Shown piece by piece: positions 44,833-55,771 of a stretch of DNA of 64,000 bases (its first letter is position 1; each line of letters opens with the position of its first letter). The position numbers were made by a program, and so were the translations under genes. Source of the stretch: Phycisphaerales bacterium (GTDB lineage: Bacteria > Planctomycetota > Phycisphaerae > Phycisphaerales > UBA1924); assembly GCA_046154665.1 (NCBI GenBank), contig JBJXFG010000086.1:1695-65694 (forward strand). The letters are read 5' to 3'. Under the pieces are notes generated by a model. That model worked only from the letters and a program-made list of their open reading frames with translations, was not told the origin of the DNA and ran no database searches.

Positions 44833-46387
44833 CGGCGTGGGTGTCGGTCAGCTCGGCGCTCGAGAACGTCGCGCCATGGATGCCGTCGCGCCCGGTGCGC
44901 CCGCCCAGCGCGATGATTCGGTCACCCGGCTTCGCGCCGCCATGAACCATGTCGGCGCGCATGAGGCCGATGCAGCCGCAGAAAACCAGCGGGTTTCCGA
45001 CGTAGCGGTTATCGAAGTAGACCGCCCCGTTGACGGTGGGGATGCCCATGCGGTTGCCGTAATCGCGCACGCCGTCGACCACGCGGGTGAGAACGCGGCG
45101 CGGCGGCAACACACCCTTCGGCAACGCGTAGGGCGTGCCTTCGCGGCGCGAGAGGGCCGCGGCGTCAAAGTAACTTCGTGCCTCCGTGCCTTCGTGACTT
45201 TGTGCCTGCCCCTCCGACCAATCATCTGGATACGCCACGCAAAAAACATCGGTGTTCGCGATCGGCTGGGCCCCCAGCCCCGTGGCGATAACGTCGCGAA
45301 TGCACCCGCCCACACCCGTCGCCGCGCCGCCGTAGGGCTCGATCGCGCTGGGGTGGTTGTGCGTCTCGACCTTGATGCACACCGCGTGCTGCTCATCAAA
45401 CCGGATGACGCCCGAGTTGTCCTTGAACACACTCAGCGTCCAATCCACACCCTCTTCGATGAGCTCGAAAGTTGCCGCGGCCACGGTGCGCTTCAAAAGG
45501 TTGTCGATGGTGACCGAGCCGTCGGCGTTCACCGTGTGACCGGCACGACCTTCCCACTTGATCTTTCCCCCCTTCGTGCCTTCGTGCCTCCGTGCCTCCG
45601 TGCCTTCTCGATACACAATCCTGCTCTTGAGCGTCTTGTGGACGCAGTGCTCGCTCCACGTCTGGGCGAGCGTCTCCAGTTCGATGTCGGTCGGTTCGCG
45701 GTTGAGCTCGCGATACTCCGCCTGGATCGCTTTCATTTCTTCCAAGCTCAAGAACAGGTGCGCATCACGCGACAGCTTGTTCAACTGATCGTCGGGGAGG
45801 TGCCGCAGCGGGATATGCCGCAGCGACTGGTCCGCGGCCCGCGGCGTCGGGAAGTGCTCCGGCGCGTGAGGCGCCGAGTGAATCGCCTGGATGGCCGGGT
45901 TGAAGAGCAGTCGGCGGGCGATCTCGTCGCACTGCTCGCGGGTGAGTCCCTGGAAGTCGTAGCGCACGCCGGTGAGGGCCCGCACATCCGCCGCCCCGGT
46001 GAGTTCGCGCACGGCTTCCTCGACCGTCTGCGCCGCCGGGTCCATCACACCCGGCAGCGGCAGCACCTCAACGGTGTGCGTGCCCGGCGCGGCGGGGAGC
46101 ACGCCGGAGCGCGTGTCGTCGACCACCGGGTTGGTGAGCAGCGACGCGCGGACTTTCTCGATCGCGCCGGAGCTCAGGTCGGCCTCGATGAGGTAGACGC
46201 GGGCGGTGCGCAGGCCCGTTGGCCTCAGGCCCAGCCGCGCGGCATCGGCGGCGACCGCGTCCGCCCTCGGGTCTCCCACCGCCTCGCGCGGCCACACTTC
46301 AAACCTGTGAATCCGGGCCGACAAAGGGCGCGGCCCGGGGCGGGCGGGTGCGGAAGTGATCATGGGCGTGGCCGCGGCATCGGTCAT
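44540..46387 (-). CDS. purL: PurS-PurS-PurL fusion, N-terminal ORF (part 1 of a frame-disrupted gene)
   Basis: ATG 46387 overlaps the pyrC stop (ATGA). There are two PurS-like repeats (FEVWPREAVGDPRADAV...LLTNPVVDD and VEVLPLPGVMDPAAQTV...LLFNPAIQ). PurL blocks follow: WSEHCVHKT, ETHNHPSAIEPYGGAATG and AVQIGNAIEEK. Homology ends at IRARDY (about 44750). Confidence 0.85.
   Translation of the reverse strand: MTDAAATPMITSAPARPGPRPLSARIHRFEVWPREAVGDPRADAVAADAARLGLRPTGLRTARVYLIEADLSSGAIEKVRASLLTNPVVDDTRSGVLPAAPGTHTVEVLPLPGVMDPAAQTVEEAVRELTGAADVRALTGVRYDFQGLTREQCDEIARRLLFNPAIQAIHSAPHAPEHFPTPRAADQSLRHIPLRHLPDDQLNKLSRDAHLFLSLEEMKAIQAEYRELNREPTDIELETLAQTWSEHCVHKTLKSRIVYREGTEARRHEGTKGGKIKWEGRAGHTVNADGSVTIDNLLKRTVAAATFELIEEGVDWTLSVFKDNSGVIRFDEQHAVCIKVETHNHPSAIEPYGGAATGVGGCIRDVIATGLGAQPIANTDVFCVAYPDDWSEGQAQSHEGTEARSYFDAAALSRREGTPYALPKGVLPPRRVLTRVVDGVRDYGNRMGIPTVNGAVYFDNRYVGNPLVFCGCIGLMRADMVHGGAKPGDRIIALGGRTGRDGIHGATFSSAELTDTHADEFSHAVQIGNAIEEKRTLDAIIRARDYVAGAAGVGNGESGVGKGKDGSSRLPTADSRLPSPPHPHPPLSRPHRLRCWRLLVGGGRDGVKARRGSSP
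44632..44749. repeat. 118-nt heptamer hairpin plus G-tract insertion that disrupts purL
   Basis: G6-T-G5-T-G9 (44631..44652). Five GGGAGTC-type heptamers (44653..44687), a 13-nt loop, five complementary heptamers (44701..44738), then 11 more nt up to the Tyr codon. Confidence 0.9.
45174..45217. repeat. YCGTGCCT-family repeats in frame inside purL
   Basis: cttcgtgcctccgtgccttcgtgactttgtgcctgcccc. It encodes ...QAQSHEGTEARSYF... on the minus strand. Confidence 0.75.
45571..45610. repeat. Four tandem octamers TYCGTGCC in frame inside purL
   Basis: cc-ttcgtgcc-ttcgtgcc-tccgtgcc-tccgtgcc-ttctcg. It encodes ...REGTEARRHEGTKG... on the minus strand. Confidence 0.85.
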
Positions 46388-47733
46388 GCGCGCATCGTAG
46401 CGGGCGGCTCCAGCGACCACTTCCCATCCGCCATCGTCCCAACCACCCCGGCATGGAACGTCGAGCCCAGCCACGGGCAGTTCCGGCTCTTTGAGCCCAG
46501 CCGGGCTTCGTCAAACCTCCACGCCTCGCCTTCGCGCAGCATCACCACGTCCGCCGGGGCACCAGGAGCCAGCGTGCCGCGTCCCTTGGTCTGCGGCGTA
46601 TCGCCCATCAGCCGTGCCGGGGCACAGGCCAGTTTGTCGACGAGGAAGGGGAGCGTCCACCGCCCTGTCTTGACGAACGCGTCGCAAAGCACGGGGAACG
46701 CCGTCTCCATGCCGATGATGCCGAAGGGTGCCACTTCAAAGGTGGTCGCCTTGCTGGCGGGCGAGTGCGGGGCATGATCGGTGGCGATGCAGTCGAGCGT
46801 GCCGTCTTCGAGGGCTTCGATGAGCGCCAGCCGATCCGACTCCTCGCACAACGGCGGCTTCATCTTCGCGTGCGTGTCGTACGCGCCTCGCCCGGTCACG
46901 CCACCCCCGCCGGCCACCCCCGCCACCGCGACTTCCGTCATGGTCAGATGGTGCGGCGAAACCTCCGCGGTCACCGGTGCGCCGCGCTTCTTGAAGTGCC
47001 GGATCGCCTCGACCGACTCGATGTTCGACACATGACAGATGTGCAGCCGGCACCCGGTGAGCAGGCTCAGCAGGCAATCGCGGGCCACACACGCCGCTTC
47101 GCTGGCACGCGGGATGCCGCGCAGGCCCAGACGCAGGGCCGTGGGCCCTTCGTGCATCACGCCCTCGCCGGTGAGGCTCATGTCCTCGCAGTGGTCAAGG
47201 ATGACGATGCCCAGGCTGGCGGCGTGCTCCATGGCGCGGCGCATCAGTTCAGACGCGATGACCGGTCGCCCATCATCCGACAGCGCCCCGGCCCCTGCTT
47301 CGCGCAGAGCGGCGAAGTCGGTCAGCAACTCCCCCTGCTGCCCAGTCGTCACCGCCGCCACCGGTGCCACCCGCGTGGGCCCCGCATCGGCGGCGCGGTC
47401 GAGGATGTACTTCACCGTGATCGGGTTGTCGCACACCGGGTTGGTGTTGGGCATGCAGAACACGGTCGTAAACCCGCCCAGAGCCGCCGCCCGCGTGCCG
47501 GTACGGATGGTCTCGGACGCTTCGCCGCCGGGCTCGCGGAGGTGAACGTGCAAGTCGATGAACCCCGGCGCCACGACGCACCCGCGGGCATCGATCACGC
47601 GGTCCGCGACGGGCGTCTGCGTCGTCGGCGGCAACGCCTTGATGACGCCGCCATCAACAAGCACATGGCGCGCGGCGTCAAGGCCTTGGGAAGGATCAAT
47701 CACGCGCGCATTGGCGATCAAAGTGGTCGTCAT
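46384..47733 (-). CDS. pyrC: Dihydroorotase
   Basis: GFIDLHVHLREPG and CMPNT, with the overall allantoinase/DHOase pattern. The start overlaps the pyrB stop. Confidence 0.95.
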   Translation of the reverse strand: MTTTLIANARVIDPSQGLDAARHVLVDGGVIKALPPTTQTPVADRVIDARGCVVAPGFIDLHVHLREPGGEASETIRTGTRAAALGGFTTVFCMPNTNPVCDNPITVKYILDRAADAGPTRVAPVAAVTTGQQGELLTDFAALREAGAGALSDDGRPVIASELMRRAMEHAASLGIVILDHCEDMSLTGEGVMHEGPTALRLGLRGIPRASEAACVARDCLLSLLTGCRLHICHVSNIESVEAIRHFKKRGAPVTAEVSPHHLTMTEVAVAGVAGGGGVTGRGAYDTHAKMKPPLCEESDRLALIEALEDGTLDCIATDHAPHSPASKATTFEVAPFGIIGMETAFPVLCDAFVKTGRWTLPFLVDKLACAPARLMGDTPQTKGRGTLAPGAPADVVMLREGEAWRFDEARLGSKSRNCPWLGSTFHAGVVGTMADGKWSLEPPATMRA

Positions 47734-48707
47734 GACTGGCGAGCCTCCTCGAGCATCGCCAGTGCCGCCATCCGCACCGCCACGCCGTTGGTCACCTGCT
47801 TGAGCACCAGGCTCCGCGGCCCGTCAAGCACATCGGACGCGATCTCGACGCCGCGATTCACCGGCCCGGGGTGCATCACGATCGCGTGCGCCGCGGCGAG
47901 CGCCAGGCGGCGCTGGTCGATGCCGAAGAGCCGCCGATACTCGCTCAACGAAGGGAACAAGCCCTTCTTCTGCCGCTCGTGCTGGATGCGCAGCAGATAC
48001 ACCACATCCGCGCCACGAACCGCCTCGTCGGCGTCGTGGACCACACGCACCCGGCCCCCCGCGCCTGCTCCCGCCCCCGCTCCCCCGAACGACTCAAACC
48101 CCCGCGGCAGCAGCGCCGCCGGCCCGCTCAGCGTCACCTCCGCGCCCAGCCGCAGCAGGCAGTGGATGTTGGAACGCCCCACGCGCGAGTGCAGCAGGTC
48201 GCCGATGATCGTCACCTTGAGCCCCGCGATGCGGTCGAAGTGCTCGCGGATGGTGAAGGCATCGAGCAGCGCCTGCGTCGGATGCTCGTGCGCCCCATCG
48301 CCGGCGTTCAGCACGCTCGCCCGCACTTCCTTCGCCAGAAACTCGCACGCCCCGGATGAAGGATGCCGCATCACGATGTAGTCCACCCCCATGGCGTGGA
48401 TCGTGTGGGCCGTATCCAGCAGCGACTCCCCTTTCGCGAAGCTCGAAGTCCCCACATCGAAGTTGATCACCGTCGCCCCCAACGGCCGCGCGGCGAGCTC
48501 AAAGCTCGTCCGCGTGCGCGTCGAGTTCTCAAAAAACAGATTCACCAGCCGCCGCCCGCGCAGCACGCTGGGCGCTTCCTGGTTGTGCAACAACAGGTTC
48601 TTGAACCCGTCGGCACGGTCGAGGATCAGATTGATATCCCCGGCGGAAAGCTGCTCGATCGCAAGCAGGTGCCGGTGCTGAAAGGGAGGTGATTCGGTGG
48701 CGGGCAT
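47730..48707 (-). CDS. pyrB: Aspartate carbamoyltransferase catalytic subunit
   Basis: FFENSTRTRTSFE, HPTQALLD and HPGPVNRG. There is an extra Gly/Ala loop (GGAGAGAGAGG). Confidence 0.95.
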   Translation of the reverse strand: MPATESPPFQHRHLLAIEQLSAGDINLILDRADGFKNLLLHNQEAPSVLRGRRLVNLFFENSTRTRTSFELAARPLGATVINFDVGTSSFAKGESLLDTAHTIHAMGVDYIVMRHPSSGACEFLAKEVRASVLNAGDGAHEHPTQALLDAFTIREHFDRIAGLKVTIIGDLLHSRVGRSNIHCLLRLGAEVTLSGPAALLPRGFESFGGAGAGAGAGGRVRVVHDADEAVRGADVVYLLRIQHERQKKGLFPSLSEYRRLFGIDQRRLALAAAHAIVMHPGPVNRGVEIASDVLDGPRSLVLKQVTNGVAVRMAALAMLEEARQS

Positions 48708-48750
48708 GGGCGGGGGAGCGGGGGCGGGGGGGCGGGGGCGGAGGCGGACC

Positions 48751-48786
48751 GGGAGTCGGGAGTGGGCAGTCGAGAGTCGGGGGAGG
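48751..48786. repeat. GGGAGTC-family heptamers upstream of pyrB
   Basis: gggagtcgggagtgggcagtcgagagtcgggggagg, preceded by a long G-rich tract. Another short copy lies at 35541..35560. Confidence 0.8.
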
Positions 48787-49003
48787 CGGGGCAGGGCAGC
48801 CGGTGGAGCCTAGCGAGTGTTTGGCGCGAGGTTCTGGCTGGGCAGTAACGCATCTTTGCCCGACCATGTTCCGAACAAACGCGCACGCGCCGTCGTGAAC
48901 AACCTGTCGGTTCCGACTTGGAGGCCGAACGCCCCGTCCGACTGTTTCCGGGCCTTTGGGGGGCCGATCCTTTCCTTTCCGGCTGCGAATCGCAGAATAA
49001 GGC

Positions 49004-50722
49004 ATGGCACGACCGCTCCGCCAACTCGGGCCCTTCCTCGGCACACTCGTGGCGATGGCGTGCGCGGCGCTCGCGCCCGCGGCATCCATGCGCATGCTCG
49101 CCGACGAACAGCACGATGTACGCGCTCGTGACGCCCTGGGCCTTTCGCGCGCCGACCTCGCCCTCATGCAATTCGACGCGGCACCGGGCCAAGCCCTCCA
49201 ACTCCCCATCCCGCTCAACGGCCAGCAAGCCACGCTCGTCCTCGCACCGGTCTCTCAGAGAGCGCCGGGCTTCGCCGTCCGCGTGCAAGGCCCCGGCGGC
49301 ACATGGCGCACCGCCGATCCCGGCCCGGTGCGGACCTACGAAGGCGTCTGTCCCGAGGCCCCGGGCTCACGAGTCGCCGCCTTCGTCCACGACGGCGCCA
49401 TCACCGCCCGCATCGAGGTGCCCGGACTGCCCGGCGCCTTCTGGGTCGAACCCGCGAGCGCCGACGTCGTCGGCGAGCACCTGCGAGGCGAGGGGCAACT
49501 GCACATCGGCTACCACAGCCTTGACCGCGTCGCGGACCCGGAACGCGCCGCGGGAGCGTCAGCGTGCGAAACCCCGCTCGGTCGCTGGAGCGCCCGGCAC
49601 GCCGAAGGCGACGCCCCCGCACGATCCCTCTGCACCGCCAGCATCTGCGTCGCCGAGATCGCCTGCGACAGCGACTACGAGTTTTTCCAGCTTTACGGCA
49701 GCGTCGAGGCCGTTCAGGCCCAGATCGAGCGCGTCATCGCCGTGATGAACCTGCAGTTCGCCAGCGAAGTCGGCATCCGGCACCGCATCACGACCATTCT
49801 CGTGCGCACCGTCCCCGGAGCGCCCTACACAGCCGTGCAGAGTCAGCCGCTGCTGTTCCAGTTCCGCGATCATTGGAATCTTGAGCACACCGCGATTGCC
49901 CGCGACGTCGCCAAGCTCTTCACCGGCAAGGCCCTCTCCGCCGGCGTTCTCGGCAGCGCCTTCATTGGCTCCATCTGCAACACCCCCACCGCGTACGCCG
50001 TGGTCCGCTCGGATTGCTGCGGCGGCATGGCCGGCACCACCGACCTGAGCGCCCACGAACTCGGGCATGTCTGGGGTGCGGAGCACTGCCTGTGCTCGGC
50101 CCCCGCGCCGATCAGCACGATGAACGCCGTCATCACGTTCGCCAACACGTTTGTGACGGACCTCAGCGGTGCCAGCGTGGCATCCATCACGGCGGGCCGG
50201 ACAGCGGCGACATGCCTGGAAGCCGAGACGCCGGTGCCGCCCGCGGGGGCCTTCGCGCTCGCCTTGCCGCCGACCGAAACCTGGGGCCTCACCGGCCCGG
50301 TCAGCCTCACATGGAACGCCTCGGCCAACGCGGCGTTTTACCTCGTCACCATCGCCGACGACCCCGCGTTCACCGCCCCATTGCTTTCCGCGGCCACCCT
50401 GAGCCCGGCCTACACGGTCCCCGGCGCATCGCTCGCCCCCGCCACCCGTTTCCACTGGAAAGTTGAAGCCTGGAACGACGCTTCGGTCGTCACGCCTACC
50501 TCGTCAGGCTCGTGGACCTTCCTGACCGCCGTCCCGCCGTCAGACTGTCCCGGCGATTTCTTCCCCGACAACGCCGTCAATACCGTCGATCTCACCTTCC
50601 TCCTCGGAAAGTTCGGCCAGCTCGTGTCCCCCGGTGCCAACGGCGACATGAACGGCGACGGGCGAGTCACCACCCAAGACCTCACCGCCTTCCTCGGCCG
50701 CTTCGGGTCGACGTGCCCGTGA
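49004..50722 (+). CDS. Secreted reprolysin-like (M12B-type) zinc metalloprotease with C-terminal dockerin-like twin repeat
   Basis: Signal-like N-terminus, the HELGHVWGAEH zinc motif (HExxHxxGxxH), and the C-terminus DNAVNTVDLTFLLGKFG...DMNGDGRVTTQDLTAFLGRFG. Confidence 0.8.
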   Translation: MARPLRQLGPFLGTLVAMACAALAPAASMRMLADEQHDVRARDALGLSRADLALMQFDAAPGQALQLPIPLNGQQATLVLAPVSQRAPGFAVRVQGPGGTWRTADPGPVRTYEGVCPEAPGSRVAAFVHDGAITARIEVPGLPGAFWVEPASADVVGEHLRGEGQLHIGYHSLDRVADPERAAGASACETPLGRWSARHAEGDAPARSLCTASICVAEIACDSDYEFFQLYGSVEAVQAQIERVIAVMNLQFASEVGIRHRITTILVRTVPGAPYTAVQSQPLLFQFRDHWNLEHTAIARDVAKLFTGKALSAGVLGSAFIGSICNTPTAYAVVRSDCCGGMAGTTDLSAHELGHVWGAEHCLCSAPAPISTMNAVITFANTFVTDLSGASVASITAGRTAATCLEAETPVPPAGAFALALPPTETWGLTGPVSLTWNASANAAFYLVTIADDPAFTAPLLSAATLSPAYTVPGASLAPATRFHWKVEAWNDASVVTPTSSGSWTFLTAVPPSDCPGDFFPDNAVNTVDLTFLLGKFGQLVSPGANGDMNGDGRVTTQDLTAFLGRFGSTCP

Positions 50723-50760
50723 GTCGCGGAGACGCGGAGAACGCGGAGGACGCGGAAAGA
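50721..50760. repeat. Copy of the CGCGGAGA-type repeat
   Basis: gagtcgcggagacgcggagaacgcggaggacgcggaaaga, starting at the stop codon of the metalloprotease gene. Confidence 0.8.
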
Positions 50761-51066
50761 GCCGGTCTGTTTCCTTGGCGGCCCAAGAGGCCGCAAATCG
50801 AACGATGCGGGGCTGGCTCCACGCTGCGCATCTCGCCGTGCGGCTTGATCTTTCCGCACCCCGCCGGGATACTCTTCACGTCGAACTGTTCGGCCCGGAC
50901 ACCCGGAGGGTGTCCGTTTGATTCGCTTGTCGCGGCGTGAACGCCCCCGTCCCCGTTTCAGCCCCCACCACCGGGCGTTCACCGAGGGATCTGTTCCGCG
51001 TTTCTCCCTCCCCTTCTTTGCAAAGGGCCCGCGGCTCGTGACGTGACACGGAGGTCCAGTCTCACC

Positions 51067-54000
51067 ATGCGGCTCGCCAAACTCACCGTCGTCGGTTTCA
51101 AGTCGTTCGCCGACAAAACCGAGTTCACCTTCGATGCCCCCATCACCGGCATCGTCGGTCCCAACGGCTGCGGCAAGTCCAACGTCGTCGACGCTGTGAA
51201 GTGGGTCCTGGGCGAACGCTCGGCCAAGAGCCTGCGCGGCAAGGAGATGATGGACGTCATCTTCGCCGGCAGCGCCGGGCGCAAGCCTTCGGGGATGGCC
51301 GGGGTCACGCTGACGTTTGAGAACCCCGTTCTCACCGACGCCGAGCAGGCCGAACGCGCCGCACGGCGCGAGGTCCACCGCGTCCTTCACGACCAGCACA
51401 AGTCAGAATCCGCCGCCGCGCCCGCGGGGGTGGGATTGGTTGAAGGCACCCCAGATCACGCCCACGACGAAGAGATCGCCGACGCCGCGACCCTCTTCGC
51501 CGAAGTCGACGACCGCACCCGCCACCTGCCCATCGACTCCGAAAACGTCGACGTCGAGCGCCGCCTCTATCGCGACGGCACCTCGCAATACCTCATCAAC
51601 GGCCGCAAGGCCCGTCTCCGTGATATCCGCGAACTGTTCCTCGACACCGGCGTCGGGGCCGACGCCTATTCCATCATCGAGCAGGGCCGCGTCGACCAGC
51701 TCCTGCTCGCCAACCCCGTCGAGCGGCGCACGTTCTTCGAGGAAGCCGCGGGCGTCGCCAAGTTCAAGGCCCGGCGCGTCGAGGCGCAGCGCAAGCTCGA
51801 ACGCACCGAGGCCAACCTCGTCCGCGCCCGCGAGCAGCTCGATTCCACCGAGCGCCGCCTGCGCCTGGTCAAGGGCCAGGCCGGCAAGGCGCGCCGCTTC
51901 ATCGAGCTCGATTCACAGCTCAAGACCGCCAAGACCGGCCTGGCCCTCGAGCTCTACGACGACCTTGTCACCCGCCTCGGCGGGCTCACCAGCCGCCTGC
52001 AGGAACTGCAGGGCCAGCGCGATTCCGCCGTCGGGCTGGTCGCGGAGATCGAGGCCGCGCGGTCCGAAGCCGAGATGCGTCGGCACGAACTCGTCGAGCG
52101 CCAGCAGGAACTCGAGCGCACCAAGGCCGCGGCGGAACACCGCGCCGCCTCCGCCCAGCAGCGCAAGCAGATGAGCGAGCGGGCCCTCGCCGACGCCGCC
52201 CACCAGCTCGAAGACGACGCCCACCGTCTGGCTGAACTGCTGCGCCACGCCGAGGAATGCCGGCGCGAAGCGGGCGAGAAGCGCTCGCACCTCGACCAGG
52301 CCGAGGCCTCGCTCGCCGAAGCCGAATCCAAGCTGCGCGGCGCCGCCGACTCCAAAGAAGCCGCCCAGAGCGAGGCCGCCGAGATCCGCCTCAGCCTTTC
52401 CGAACGCCGCGCCGCCGCGTCCAACATCGACCGTGAGCGTGCCGGCCTGCTGGCCCGCGTCGAGGCCGACCGTCGCCGTGCCCAGAGCTTCGCCGAGCAG
52501 ACCACGCGCCTGGAACTCCGGCTTTCCTCGCTCGACCACGAGGCCGGCGAACTGGCCAGGCACCGCGACGAAGCCCGCGCCGCGGCGGACACACGCCGCG
52601 CCGCCGCCGCCGAGATCGATGCCGAGATCGGCACCCTCGTCACCTCCTCGGCGAGCCTGTCCGACGAGCAGCGTGCCCTCACCGAGCGCCTGAACGAACT
52701 CGAACAGCGCAACGCCCGCTTGGACAGCCGCCGCGCCACGCTCGAAGAGATGGTCGAGAGCCGGGCCGGCCTGGCCGAATCCGTGAAGCGCGTGCTGGAA
52801 CGCCGCGAGGCCGCGCTCGGTGTGCCGGAAGGCGGCGCGGAAGACCCCGAGGCACCGCTCTACCGCGGCCTCATCGCGCCGCTCGCCGACCTGGTCGAAG
52901 TCGACGCCACCGACGCCGTCGCCGTCGAAGCCGCGCTGGGCCCGAACCTGCAGGGCATCGTGGCCGAATCGCTCGGTCTGCTCGCCGCCCACGCCGGCGC
53001 TCTCGCATCGATGCCCGGACGCGTCACGCTGCTGCCCGTCGCCTGCGGCGAACAGGCCTCGGCCCACTCGACCGTGCCCGCCGCGTTCGCGTCGGTCGCG
53101 TCCGATCATGCGCGCCCGATGGCCGATCTGGTCCGCTGCGGAATCCGCTACCGCGGGCTCATCGAGCGTTTGCTCGGCCACACCCTGCTGGTGCGCGATC
53201 TCGACGCGGCGATGCTCCTGGCCTGCGGCCCGCTCGCCAACGTCCCCGCCCGCTTCGTCACCCGCGACGGCTCCATTCTGGAAGCAGACGGCCGCGTCAC
53301 CGCGGGGCCGACGCCCACGGGCGTGCAAGCCGAGGCCGAAGGCGGCGGCCACGGCCTGTTGCAACGCCGCGCCGAACTCGCCGAGCTCGAAATGAAGCTC
53401 GCGGCCCTCTCGACGGTTCTCGACTCCGAGCGTTCCGCGCTCAAGTCGCTCGACGCCCAGGCCGCCGATCTCAACAAGCGTCTCGCCGACCTGCGCGTCC
53501 GCCAGGCCGCCGAGCAGCGCGCGATGGTCACCGATGAGTCCAAGCGCGACCGCCTCGAGGCCGAACTCGCCCGCCTCGACCGCGAACGCCCCGGCGTCCG
53601 CCAGGAACTCACCATCGTCAGCGAACGCGCCGCCACGCTGGCCCAGGAACAATCCGACCTCACCGGCAAGGCCGACAGCCTGCTCCGACTGTTCACCGAG
53701 CAGACCGACGGCGTCAAGCAGCTCGAAAGCCGCGCCGAGGTTGTTCAGTCGCGCCTCGATCAGGCCATCGAACAGCTCACCGCCGCCCGCGTGCAGGCAG
53801 GCCAGCAGGGCGAGAAGGTCTCGTCGCTGCGCCGCGACATCGGGCGCGTCGAAGCGGGTGCTGACGACGCCGAGCGCAAGCACGGGGCGCTCTCGGATTC
53901 CGTCGAGGCGCGCCGTGCCCGCCTGGGCGACCACCAGCGCGTCATCGCCGAGGCCGTGACCGAAGCCGAAAACGCCGCCATCGAAGCCCGATCGGCGATC

Positions 54001-55188
54001 GAAACCATGGTCGCCGTCTCGACCGACCTCGCCGCCGCCATCGACCACTCGCGTGACCTGGGCGAGCGCCTCGTCTCATCCCGTCAGCGGGCCGACATCT
54101 TCAACCGCGACTTCAATACCCTCGAGATCACGCGACGTGAGCTCGAAGTCCGCCGTGAAACCCTCGAAGAGCGCACGCTCGAAGACATCACGCTCGACCT
54201 GCGGCTGACTCATACGGCCCACGCCGAGCGGCTCGTCTCGGGCGAAGCGACGCGCGTCGACGTCGAGAAGACCGGTGCGGAAATCGAGACCCTCAAGGAC
54301 GAGATCAAGCGCCTCGGCAACGTCAACCTCGACGCCATCGAGGAAGAGACCCAGCTCGCCGGACGCAACGAGGAACTCATCAAGCAGGTCGCCGACATCG
54401 ACAGCGCCCGCGCCCAGCTCGAAGAGCTCATCACCCGCCTCTCCGATCTCTCACGCGACCGATTCAAGCAGGTTTTTCAGGCCATCCAGGACCATTTCGC
54501 CAGCGAAAAGGGCATGTTCCGCAGGCTCTTCGGCGGCGGACGCGCCGAGCTCCGACTCCTCCCCGTCCCCGAGACCGGCGAGATCGACTGGCTCGAGTCC
54601 GGCGTCGAAGTCACCGCCAAGCCTCCGGGCAAGGAGCCGCGCACCATCAGCCAGCTCTCCGGCGGCGAGAAGACCATGACCGCCGTCGCCCTGCTCATGA
54701 GCATCTTCCAGAGCAAGCCCAGCCCGTTCTGCGTGCTCGACGAAGTGGACGCCGCCCTCGACGAGGGCAACGTCTCACGCTTCACCGCGATCCTCCGCCA
54801 GTTCCTCGATAAGTGCCACTTCATCGTCATCACCCACAACAAGCGCACCATGCAGGTCGCCGATCAGCTCTACGGCGTGACGATGCAGGAACGCGGCGTC
54901 TCGAAGCGCGTCCGCGTGAAGTTCGAAAATGTCCACAGCGACGGCTCGTTCAAACAGCACGAGCCCGACGAGGACGGCGCGTCCGCCGCCGCCGCGCCGC
55001 GCGTGGTTGAAGCGGGCGACGAATCCCACGCCGGCTTCGGCGTCGCAGCCGACCCATCTCAACCGCCGCCCTCCGCCGCCGTCGAAGAGGCCCGCTCCGC
55101 CCTCAAGAAACCGCGCCGCCCGTCGCTCCGCGCCGCGCTGGCGGCCATGCGCGAAGAACCAGCCGAGGCCCCCGCTTCGAACTCATGA
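51067..55188 (+). CDS. smc: Chromosome partition protein Smc
   Basis: [40 protein letters not shown] Walker A head, long coiled coils and a hinge, the LSGGEKT signature and [11 protein letters not shown] Walker B. Confidence 0.95.
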   Translation: MRLAKLTVVGFKSFADKTEFTFDAPITGIVGPNGCGKSNVVDAVKWVLGERSAKSLRGKEMMDVIFAGSAGRKPSGMAGVTLTFENPVLTDAEQAERAARREVHRVLHDQHKSESAAAPAGVGLVEGTPDHAHDEEIADAATLFAEVDDRTRHLPIDSENVDVERRLYRDGTSQYLINGRKARLRDIRELFLDTGVGADAYSIIEQGRVDQLLLANPVERRTFFEEAAGVAKFKARRVEAQRKLERTEANLVRAREQLDSTERRLRLVKGQAGKARRFIELDSQLKTAKTGLALELYDDLVTRLGGLTSRLQELQGQRDSAVGLVAEIEAARSEAEMRRHELVERQQELERTKAAAEHRAASAQQRKQMSERALADAAHQLEDDAHRLAELLRHAEECRREAGEKRSHLDQAEASLAEAESKLRGAADSKEAAQSEAAEIRLSLSERRAAASNIDRERAGLLARVEADRRRAQSFAEQTTRLELRLSSLDHEAGELARHRDEARAAADTRRAAAAEIDAEIGTLVTSSASLSDEQRALTERLNELEQRNARLDSRRATLEEMVESRAGLAESVKRVLERREAALGVPEGGAEDPEAPLYRGLIAPLADLVEVDATDAVAVEAALGPNLQGIVAESLGLLAAHAGALASMPGRVTLLPVACGEQASAHSTVPAAFASVASDHARPMADLVRCGIRYRGLIERLLGHTLLVRDLDAAMLLACGPLANVPARFVTRDGSILEADGRVTAGPTPTGVQAEAEGGGHGLLQRRAELAELEMKLAALSTVLDSERSALKSLDAQAADLNKRLADLRVRQAAEQRAMVTDESKRDRLEAELARLDRERPGVRQELTIVSERAATLAQEQSDLTGKADSLLRLFTEQTDGVKQLESRAEVVQSRLDQAIEQLTAARVQAGQQGEKVSSLRRDIGRVEAGADDAERKHGALSDSVEARRARLGDHQRVIAEAVTEAENAAIEARSAIETMVAVSTDLAAAIDHSRDLGERLVSSRQRADIFNRDFNTLEITRRELEVRRETLEERTLEDITLDLRLTHTAHAERLVSGEATRVDVEKTGAEIETLKDEIKRLGNVNLDAIEEETQLAGRNEELIKQVADIDSARAQLEELITRLSDLSRDRFKQVFQAIQDHFASEKGMFRRLFGGGRAELRLLPVPETGEIDWLESGVEVTAKPPGKEPRTISQLSGGEKTMTAVALLMSIFQSKPSPFCVLDEVDAALDEGNVSRFTAILRQFLDKCHFIVITHNKRTMQVADQLYGVTMQERGVSKRVRVKFENVHSDGSFKQHEPDEDGASAAAAPRVVEAGDESHAGFGVAADPSQPPPSAAVEEARSALKKPRRPSLRAALAAMREEPAEAPASNS

Positions 55189-55256
55189 CACCGATGTCGG
55201 TTTCGGGCCTGTGTCCGCGATTTCTTATGTCCGCCTGAACGAAGCAGGTCCGCCGG

Positions 55257-55730
55257 TCACCTCGCAAAGTCCAGCCGCGTGCCCTCGCCGATCAGCGAAA
55301 GCATGCCGTCCTTGATCGAGAACGACCGCACATTGTTCAGCGCGCTCACATACTCGTCCTCGAGCCGCATGGCTTCCGGCGGGCCGGCCATCTTGGTCGA
55401 AAACATCGGCCCGGTCTTGAAGCCACCGACCGCCAGTGAAGCGACGTCGAGTTGACCGCCCACACGGTTTACGCCAGCGAACCCGCCGACGCGCCCGTCG
55501 GGCTCAATCGAGATCGAAGGCCGCTTGCCGCCCAGGCCCGCGAGCGCGGACACGTCGCGCCCGTTGAGCGATGTGAGGTTCCAATCGCCGGTGAGAGACT
55601 TGAGGGCCTGTTGAGCGGTCATGGCTGCGGAACCTGGCGTTGTGGAGGACGATGCACAGCCGAGATTCAGCGCGGCGGATGTCAGCACGACGGAAACAAT
55701 GACGAACAAGCAGCACGATGTGTTTCGCAT
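55257..55730 (-). CDS. META-domain (HslJ-like) lipoprotein
   Basis: ATG 55730 gives MRNTSCCLFVIVSVVLTSAALNLGCASS, a lipobox. LTGDWNLTSLNGRDV...GFAGVNRVGGQ...GPMFSTKMAGP fits META domains. Confidence 0.7.
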   Translation of the reverse strand: MRNTSCCLFVIVSVVLTSAALNLGCASSSTTPGSAAMTAQQALKSLTGDWNLTSLNGRDVSALAGLGGKRPSISIEPDGRVGGFAGVNRVGGQLDVASLAVGGFKTGPMFSTKMAGPPEAMRLEDEYVSALNNVRSFSIKDGMLSLIGEGTRLDFAR

Positions 55731-55771
55731 GGCATGGCTCTCGTGTGGGTTGAAGGACTCAAACACGGCGA

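Noticed and set aside
48708-49003. Riboswitch or attenuator upstream of the pyrB-pyrC-purL operon (ZTP/pfl, PyrR site).
   Set aside because: I could not recognise the conserved cores. The region is dominated by a G-tract and GGGAGTC heptamers. An Rfam scan is needed to be sure.
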